This document shows positions 56,544 to 64,000 of a stretch of DNA of 64,000 bases, piece after piece. Numbering within the stretch: position 1 is the first letter of the stretch; each line of letters begins with the position of its first letter. Source of the stretch: Eledone cirrhosa (taxonomy: Eukaryota); contig OZ024750.1 of NCBI GenBank assembly GCA_964016885.1, positions 44,640,001-44,704,000 of the forward strand, given 5' to 3'. A program made the position numbers and the translations under genes. The notes beneath the pieces were generated by a model that saw only the letters and a program-made list of their open reading frames with translations, was not told the origin of the DNA and did not search any database.

Positions 56544-58454
56544 ATGGCGGAGCCACGCCCCCTAGAGGCGGGTCTGCTGTCGTGCAACGGCGACTTGAGC
56601 GTTGAGAGGAGAGGTGAGGCGAGGAGCGCCACCAGCACGAATGTGAGCAGCGACAGTGCCAGCACCAACGGGCCGAGCGGCGCGGAAGGTGGTAACAGCG
56701 ACAACACCAACACCAACAAGCCGAACAGCGCAGAAGGTGGTAATGGCGAGAGCACCAACAAAACGAACAGCACAGAGAGTAATAGTAGCGACAGCAACAG
56801 CACCAACAAGGCCAACAGCACAGAGGGTAACCACGACACAGTGGAGAACAACAACAGCAATAGCAGCAGCAACACCAACAAGAACAACAACAGTGACAAC
56901 ACCAACAAGAACACCTTTGCTGCTGTGGCAGCGGCTAAAAGGAGACCATGCTACAGCATCGACTTAACCAACAGAGAGGAAAAGTTGGCCCAGGCCTGGA
57001 AAATCATAAATCAAGAGCAGACCTGGGCAAACTTAACTGTCCCGGCAGAAGCCATTGAGGCAGTGGAAAAAAGAACGGTGCATTTCAGATGCATCTCAGT
57101 AGAGACAAAGAGGGCAGCGATAATCGCCCAAGCTGACATAGAAGCCGCACTGAAATACATCAGAGAGGACACAGACTTCATAGAGAGGGGCAGGCAATAC
57201 GGCACCGTTTCGGTGCTGTTCAAGTCTGAAGCCCTCGCTGTGAAGCATTCAATGACCCCTTGCAAAACCAGCAAGGTTATAATGTACCCCTCCCACATGG
57301 GAAAACGAATAGCACGTGTGCGCATTCCCAGGATTCCACCAGGACTTGATATGTGGTGGCTCCTGGGTTGCGTAATCGTGGAAGGAACGGATACAGTCCC
57401 GGTAGAGGCAACGAGAACTGCCAGGGACGACTGGTCCGGGGTTGATCTGGAGATACTGCTCCAAATCAGACCCGAAAACGTAAAAGCAATCCCGGACCAC
57501 ATCCGCCTCCAAAACGGGAGGGTGTTGCATATAATGACTGAGGGCAAAAGGCCGCATTGTTTCCTTTGTGGGGAAACGACACACTTGCGAGCCTTCTGCC
57601 CTCAACTGCCGAAAAGCGCAAGGGGTCGAAAGATTCCACTGCTGGCGACGCCGGGACAAGGACCACCAGCAACACCGTCAACAATGGAACCACCAAAATT
57701 GCACACCCAGGGGGGAAACGAGGAAAGCTCTCCCATTCCCCCTCCCCCCCAAAATACACACACGAACAAGAACATAAACACTCACTCAGACACAAACACG
57801 CTCACAGCCACAGACCCCTCATCCTCCAGCAGTGAAGATGAGGGAAAACCAAAGTGCCCCAAAATACAAAAAACAAAACACAAAAAAAAAAGAAATCCAC
57901 AAAGCACAAACACCCCCACAAAAAAAAATACACACACCACCCACACAAACATTTTCCCCACAGCATCACCAACACAACCACCAAAATCCCCCAAACGCAA
58001 ACAAGCTAAACAGACACAAGAACAAATAGACACACAAACATCAGAAACTACAGACACCCCACCCACAACAAACGCAGACACAATAGAAACAACACTAACA
58101 AAGCTATCACCACCACAATCACACGAACAAATAAAACCCGAGCAACAAAACATTAAAAACTTCGTGCTTGCCAGAAGGGCCAACAAGGAATTGATGGCCC
58201 ATGTAGCACGAAGCACAAACATCGAAAAAGAGGGGGAAACATTTGAAGCGAGCACATTTCGCGCACCAGATAATTTGCTTCTGATGCGAATGTCGCTCGC
58301 TTCATACAAAGAAATTCGAAAGAGCTTTCCTCGGGATGTGGGAACCCCGAACGTAAAACCCACGTCAAGACTATTAAAGGGGTTCCCAAAAGAAACCCCA
58401 CAAACCATGGAGGTCGAACCACCCGACCTTCACAAGACCCCGGAAGGTAAGTAA
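56544..58454 (+). CDS. ORF1 (636 aa)
   Basis: As A2. Confidence 0.9.
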   Translation: MAEPRPLEAGLLSCNGDLSVERRGEARSATSTNVSSDSASTNGPSGAEGGNSDNTNTNKPNSAEGGNGESTNKTNSTESNSSDSNSTNKANSTEGNHDTVENNNSNSSSNTNKNNNSDNTNKNTFAAVAAAKRRPCYSIDLTNREEKLAQAWKIINQEQTWANLTVPAEAIEAVEKRTVHFRCISVETKRAAIIAQADIEAALKYIREDTDFIERGRQYGTVSVLFKSEALAVKHSMTPCKTSKVIMYPSHMGKRIARVRIPRIPPGLDMWWLLGCVIVEGTDTVPVEATRTARDDWSGVDLEILLQIRPENVKAIPDHIRLQNGRVLHIMTEGKRPHCFLCGETTHLRAFCPQLPKSARGRKIPLLATPGQGPPATPSTMEPPKLHTQGGNEESSPIPPPPQNTHTNKNINTHSDTNTLTATDPSSSSSEDEGKPKCPKIQKTKHKKKRNPQSTNTPTKKNTHTTHTNIFPTASPTQPPKSPKRKQAKQTQEQIDTQTSETTDTPPTTNADTIETTLTKLSPPQSHEQIKPEQQNIKNFVLARRANKELMAHVARSTNIEKEGETFEASTFRAPDNLLLMRMSLASYKEIRKSFPRDVGTPNVKPTSRLLKGFPKETPQTMEVEPPDLHKTPEGK

Positions 58455-58483
58455 ACCTTTCCTCTCCCATTCATCCTGCCAGC

Positions 58484-61400
58484 ATGGCCATAAGAGTAGG
58501 AAGTTTAAATGTTCGTGGCCTGGGGTCGCCCTGGAAGCAAGGTCACTTGCTCAACGACCTCAGGTCACTAGGAATGGATGTAATTGCCATCAGCGAGACC
58601 AGAATTTCCGACACACGCGCACTGGCGCCGATTTTCGACGATTATCAGATCTTTGCATCTGTTAGTCGGCCGGGAATGGGAGGTGGAGTGGCTGTGCTGT
58701 TTAGGAAATGTCTGGATCTCGAGGTAAGGTCAATCTTCCGGGATCCTGACGGAAAGTTGGTGGTCCTGGACGTGAGCAATAGCGAAGGTGGTGCCTTTAG
58801 ACTGGTGGCCGTCTACGCCCCTACTGGGGCCGGTCGGCCGGACTTCTTTAGGCGCCTGGAAAACTTTCTGCTTACGTCTCGCCCTTTACTGTTAATAGGG
58901 GATTGGAATGGCATCTTAGAAGCACGCTGGGATTGTGTGGGAGTATCTGATAGGAGCGGGGGGTGCAAAAGCCTCAAGTACCTGATCAGCCAGTTTCAAC
59001 TGTCTGACAGGTACCGACTAGATTTCCCTAATGCGCCAGTATGGACCTGGACCAATCGCATAGGGTCATCTAGATCGTACATAGATAGGATTTTCATTAG
59101 GAAAAGAGATAGAAATAGTGTAGGATGTCCACATTTTAAAACGGTTGCCTATTCAGATCACAAGCTTGTGATCTGTATGGTCGACCTAGATAAGACACGT
59201 AGGTTAGGACCTAGCTACTGGAAGCTAAACATGTCGTTTCCGGCACGTAAAGCTTACAGGGACCGGGTCAACAACTTAGTTAAGCAAAAGTTGACAGGGG
59301 GGGGGGGTTGTCAACAACAGGTGGTGGGGGGCTCTCAAAAGAGAGATTAGAGCAACCTCGATAGGATTTAGCAAAGAAGTAGCAATAGAGAAAAATAGAA
59401 AGGAGGACGGGCTGATAGCTAAGTTAGACGAGGCTATTTGTAGTGGCATTGCAACAGACGTGCTAGCGGCGAGAATGGCACTAGACCATTTCTTCAATGC
59501 GAAACACGAAGGTTGCATTGTCAGAGCTAAGGCGCGTGCTCTGAGGAACGAGGGAACCAAAGCTGCCCGATGGGCTCGCTTTGCAGAGACGCAGCGTGGA
59601 AATAAAACCACAATTCGGTCTTTGACGGATCGAGATGGACACGAACTGAGCGATTCCAAGCAGATGTGTAAGGCCTTTCGCCAGAACTTTGCTCGATTGT
59701 TCGGGAGGATGGGTGAGTCGGAGACGGCGGCGGACTTCAGTCCCTACCTCGACGGCTTGCCACGCCTCTCGACGGCCGACGCTGAGCGCTGCGAAGAGCC
59801 GATAACATCAGTCGAAATTCAGGACGCCCTTGTCGGCTGCTCGAGTCGCAAGTCACCCGGTTTGGATGGTCTGCCCTACGAGCTTTACGTAAATATGCCA
59901 GACTTGTTCTCCGATCTCCTCGAAGCGCTCTACTGCAACTGGCAGCAGAACGGGAGCATTCCCAGTTCTGTGAGCCGTGGCGTAGTGACGCTGATAAGGA
60001 AAGACGAGAACAAGAGGGACACACTAGATAATTTCAGGCCCATAACCCTGCTCAACACAGAGTTTAAGATTTTGGCCAAGGTGTTAGCGAAAAGGTTGGC
60101 GCTTGTCGTCAAAGATTTGGTTGGGGAGGCGCAAACTTGCGCAATCCCGACCAGGTCCATACACGACAACCTCCACCTCATGCGATACATCATAGAGAGG
60201 GTTGGGTGCAAACCTGGCTTCGGTGGGGCTCTGATCAATTTAGATCAATCGAAAGCATTCGATAGGGTCGACCATCGGTACTTGGAGGCTGTCCTCGAGG
60301 CGGCTGGCTTCGGCCCCGTCTTCAGAAGCTGGATCGCTGCAATGTACAGCGGCATCCGCTCGGTGGTCAAAGTTAATGGCCACCTCTCGGAACCGTTTCA
60401 GATCTCTCGATCGGTCCGTCAAGGGTGCCCTCTCTCCTCACTTCTGTACGTATTGACTCTTGAGCCTCTACTGCGGAAGCTGGAGTTGTTGCAGGGCATC
60501 CCGCTCGAACCGGGACGTAGAAAGGCTGCGTCCGCTTATGCGGACGACATCACCGTGATGGTGTCGGACACCTCGGAAATCGAGGTGATCCGCACCCATT
60601 TGGAGGAATATGAAAGGTTGACGGGAGCAAAACTTAACCCGGAAAAGTCGGTGGGCTTGCAGCTCGGCACCTGGAGAGGCAAGTCCATGCCGTCCAACAG
60701 CGTCGTTGGGCGCTGGACAGACGGACCGGTAAAGTTGCTCGGGGTTTGGTTCGGACCAGACCTCCAGGTGGATAAGAATTGGGACGAGGTGACGAGCAGG
60801 ATAGCCAACCTCACCCAGAAATGGGCTGAGAGAAAGCTATCACTGAAAGGGCGGGCGGAGGTGGCGAACGCGTACATCGCGTCCGTCATCTACTACCGCC
60901 TGACCGTCGTGCCTTGCCCCCGTCCACGCCTCGCCAATTTGGAACGGCTCCTTTTCAAATTTTTGTGGAGGGGACGGGTCCCGTTGGTGAGGCGGTCCAT
61001 CTGCTGCCAGCACCCTCTTCGTGGAGGGCTGGGCATGCCGTGGCTAATGATGCGCAGACATGCGCTGAGGCTGCGACATCTCCAGATATTTTGCCTAAAC
61101 GGTGAACAGGTGTGGTCGCCGTTTGTTAGACGGGCCTTTCCGCAGCTCATCTCTTTGACTGAGCTGCAGTCCTGGGTCAAGAAGAGACCGAGACTGGGCG
61201 ACTGGCATCTGGAATGTTGCCAGGCGCTCACTGCACTCTGCAAGGTGGGCAATGCGGTCAGTGGAACTTCCACTCAAGATTTCTATAGAGGATTAGTGGA
61301 GGGCAAGTGCGATGACGTACTAGGAGAGGCTCTGGGCGTCAACGAAGTAGAACTGACCAGTATGTTCCGGAGGACTTTCGAGCCGGGGACGATGGATAAC

Positions 61401-61907
61401 TTCCAGAAATCCCTCGCTTGGCAGTGCTACCGGGGGGCGCTGCCGGTTCGGGATAAACTCTACAGGCACGGAAGTGCTGTCAGACGAACCTGCCCGAGAT
61501 GCGCGCAGAGCGACGAAACCGTTCTGCACGCACTCGTCCAGTGTCCGTGCATTGCTGACTTGTGGGGTTATGTCGAACAGCTATTGTCGCGTGTAGAACG
61601 GATCCGGCTATCGTCCGAGTCCATAGTGAAGATTGACCCGCCGCCTTCTTTTGGTCAGGAAGGGCAGGCAATTTTCCTCTGCCTGGTGGCAGTAGCGAAA
61701 GAGGTTGCATGGTGGACCAGGTTGAAAGGACTGAAGACAGACACTTTTCTCTTCGGCCAATCCCTCATCAACTTCTTCAAGTTTCACTTGGAAAGGAAGG
61801 TGAGGGTGGAGAGAGAAGTGCTGCCCCCCAGTACATTTACTGAAAGGTGGGTGAATGTGGCGAGAATGGCCCGCGTGAGTGGGCCTACTCTGATCATGCG
61901 CCTGTAG
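58484..61907 (+). pseudogene. ORF2 with +4 frameshift in a G run
   Basis: G11 at 59297-59307 versus G7 in other copies. Confidence 0.8.
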
Positions 61908-62184
61908 GCTGGTGAATTCGAGAAGGAGAGGGGTGCCCTTCCCGGGTGCCCTAGGAGCGTCGGGTGGCTCAGGACTGGTGGGGTGCTTGAGTCAACCCTG
62001 GGTGGTGATCCCTCTTATTGGGGAACTTTCATTGTTGTATTTTTATTGTTATTTTGTTTTTTTGTTATTTATACTTACTCGATCTCTATGTAAACCCCCA
62101 CTGTCCCTGTCTATTGTGTTGTCCCCTATATGTCGGCCCTTGTGGCCAATAAATGAAATCATTATTATTATTATTATTATTATT

Positions 62185-64000
62185 GACGAAAGTGGATGTA
62201 CGTTTTTTGAAGCTCCGTGAGTAAGCAATTTTTTGAGGATTAATTGTAGAGAATTGTTTATTTTTTGTACCGCTGAAGCATTATAAGACATTAATTTGTA
62301 TCCTGTGAAGGAATAACTCATAATATTTGGGCCTTTTGGCCCAAATATTTGAACTTTATTTTGGAAAAAATAATAATTTTTTTCTCAAAAAAACATGGCG
62401 GAGCCACGCCCCCTAGAGGCGGGTCTGCTGTCGTGCAACGGCGACTTGAGCGTTGAGAGGAGAGGTGAGGCGAGGAGCGCCACCAGCACGAATGTGAGCA
62501 GCGACAGTGCCAGCACCAACGGGCCGAGCGGCGCGGAAGGTGGTAACAGCGACAACACCAACACCAACAAGCCGAACAGCGCAGAAGGTGGTAATGGCGA
62601 GAGCACCAACAAAACGAACAGCACAGAGAGTAATAGTAGCGACAGCAACAGCACCAACAAGGCCAACAGCACAGAGGGTAACCACGACACAGGGGAGAAC
62701 AACAACAGCAATAGCAGCAGCAACACCAACAAGAACAACAACAGTGACAACACCAACAAGAACACCTTTGCTGCTGTGGCAGCGGCTAAAAGGAGACCAT
62801 GCTACAGCATCGACTTAACCAACAGAGAGGAAAAGTTGGCCCAGGCCTGGAAAATCATAAATCAAGAGCAGACCTGGGCAAACTTAACTGTCCCGGCAGA
62901 AGCCATTGAGGCAGTGGAAAAAAGAACGGTGCATTTCAGATGCATCTCAGTAGAGACAAAGAGGGCAGCGATAATCGCCCAAGCTGACATAGAAGCCGCA
63001 CTGAAATACATCAGAGAGGACACAGACTTCATAGAGAGGGGCAGGCAATACGGCACCGTTTCGGTGCTGTTCAAGTCTGAAGCCCTCGCTGTGAAGCATT
63101 CAATGACCCCTTGCAAAACCAGCAAGGTTATAATGTACCCCTCCCACATGGGAAAACGAATAGCACGTGTGCGCATTCCCAGGATTCCACCAGGACTTGA
63201 TATGTGGTGGCTCCTGGGTTGCGTAATCGTGGAAGGAACGGATACAGTCCCGGTAGAGGCAACGAGAACTGCCAGGGACGACTGGTCCGGGGTTGATCTG
63301 GAGATACTGCTCCAAATCAGACCCGAAAACGTAAAAGCAATCCCGGACCACATCCGCCTCCAAAACGGGAGGGTGTTGCATATAATGACTGAGGGCAAAA
63401 GGCCGCATTGTTTCCTTTGTGGGGAAACGACACACTTGCGAGCCTTCTGCCCTCAACTGCCGAAAAGCGCAAGGGGTCGAAAGATTCCACTGCTGGCGAC
63501 GCCGGGACAAGGACCACCAGCAACACCGTCAACAATGGAACCACCAAAATTGCACACCCAGGGGGGAAACGAGGAAAGCTCTCCCATTCCCCCTCCCCCC
63601 CAAAATACACACACGAACAAGAACATAAACACTCACTCAGACACAAACACGCTCACAGCCACAGACCCCTCATCCTCCAGCAGTGAAGATGAGGGAAAAC
63701 CAAAGTGCCCCAAAATACAAAAAACAAAACACAAAAAAAAAAGAAATCCACAAAGCACAAACACCCCCACAAAAAAAAATACACACACCACCCACACAAA
63801 CATTTTCCCCACAGCATCACCAACACAACCACCAAAATCCCCCAAACGCAAACAAGCTAAACAGACACAAGAACAAATAGACACACAAACATCAGAAACT
63901 ACAGACACCCCACCCACAACAAACGCAGACACAATAGAAACAACACTAACAAAGCTATCACCACCACAATCACACGAACAAATAAAACCCGAGCAACAAA
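62185..64000 (+). mobile_element. Family A copy 6 (runs off window)
   Basis: Same 5' terminus and ORF1. Confidence 0.95.
62395..64000 (+). CDS. ORF1, partial
   Basis: ATG at 62395 and sequence matching A5 ORF1 to the window end. Confidence 0.85.
   Translation, partial: MAEPRPLEAGLLSCNGDLSVERRGEARSATSTNVSSDSASTNGPSGAEGGNSDNTNTNKPNSAEGGNGESTNKTNSTESNSSDSNSTNKANSTEGNHDTGENNNSNSSSNTNKNNNSDNTNKNTFAAVAAAKRRPCYSIDLTNREEKLAQAWKIINQEQTWANLTVPAEAIEAVEKRTVHFRCISVETKRAAIIAQADIEAALKYIREDTDFIERGRQYGTVSVLFKSEALAVKHSMTPCKTSKVIMYPSHMGKRIARVRIPRIPPGLDMWWLLGCVIVEGTDTVPVEATRTARDDWSGVDLEILLQIRPENVKAIPDHIRLQNGRVLHIMTEGKRPHCFLCGETTHLRAFCPQLPKSARGRKIPLLATPGQGPPATPSTMEPPKLHTQGGNEESSPIPPPPQNTHTNKNINTHSDTNTLTATDPSSSSSEDEGKPKCPKIQKTKHKKKRNPQSTNTPTKKNTHTTHTNIFPTASPTQPPKSPKRKQAKQTQEQIDTQTSETTDTPPTTNADTIETTLTKLSPPQSHEQIKPEQQ

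Larger units (their letters stand above)
56334..62160 (+). mobile_element. Family A copy 5
   Basis: Same termini; followed by (ATT)8. Confidence 0.95.

Noticed and set aside
30534-59307. Programmed frameshifting at homopolymers in B2, A4 and A5
   Set aside because: Each is copy-specific, and sister copies are intact; replication slippage or sequencing error is simpler
32992-64000. Telomere-maintaining (HeT-A/TART-like) role for the array
   Set aside because: No telomeric repeats or chromosome end are visible; it cannot be supported from this window

Overview
Eukaryotic (animal) genomic DNA. The extreme (TA)n/(CA)n/(GA)n microsatellite load and the tRNA-derived SINE family suggest a cephalopod such as octopus (inference only). 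Bases 1-15,000 are microsatellites, SINE copies, a 200-N gap, two weak candidate host exons and a ~1 kb nested-palindrome element containing a Penelope-type minimal hammerhead ribozyme. From 15,063 to the window end almost everything is non-LTR retrotransposon, and every intact element end abuts an (ATT)n/(AAT)n tract. It comprises one decayed, 3'-deleted Tx1/L1-type copy (C, minus), two 5'-truncated R4/Dong-like RLE fragments (plus), two full-length tandem Tx1-type copies (family B, minus) and at least six full-length head-to-tail Tx1-type copies (family A, plus, running off the window). The three Tx1-type families share conserved cis-signals: a 5' splice-donor motif at +31 to +33, a GTAAGT at the ORF1 stop, a pyrimidine tract before ORF2 and a 12-bp 5'UTR hairpin with compensatory changes. 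A and B also share a 3' end carrying AATAAA but ending in (ATT)n instead of poly(A).
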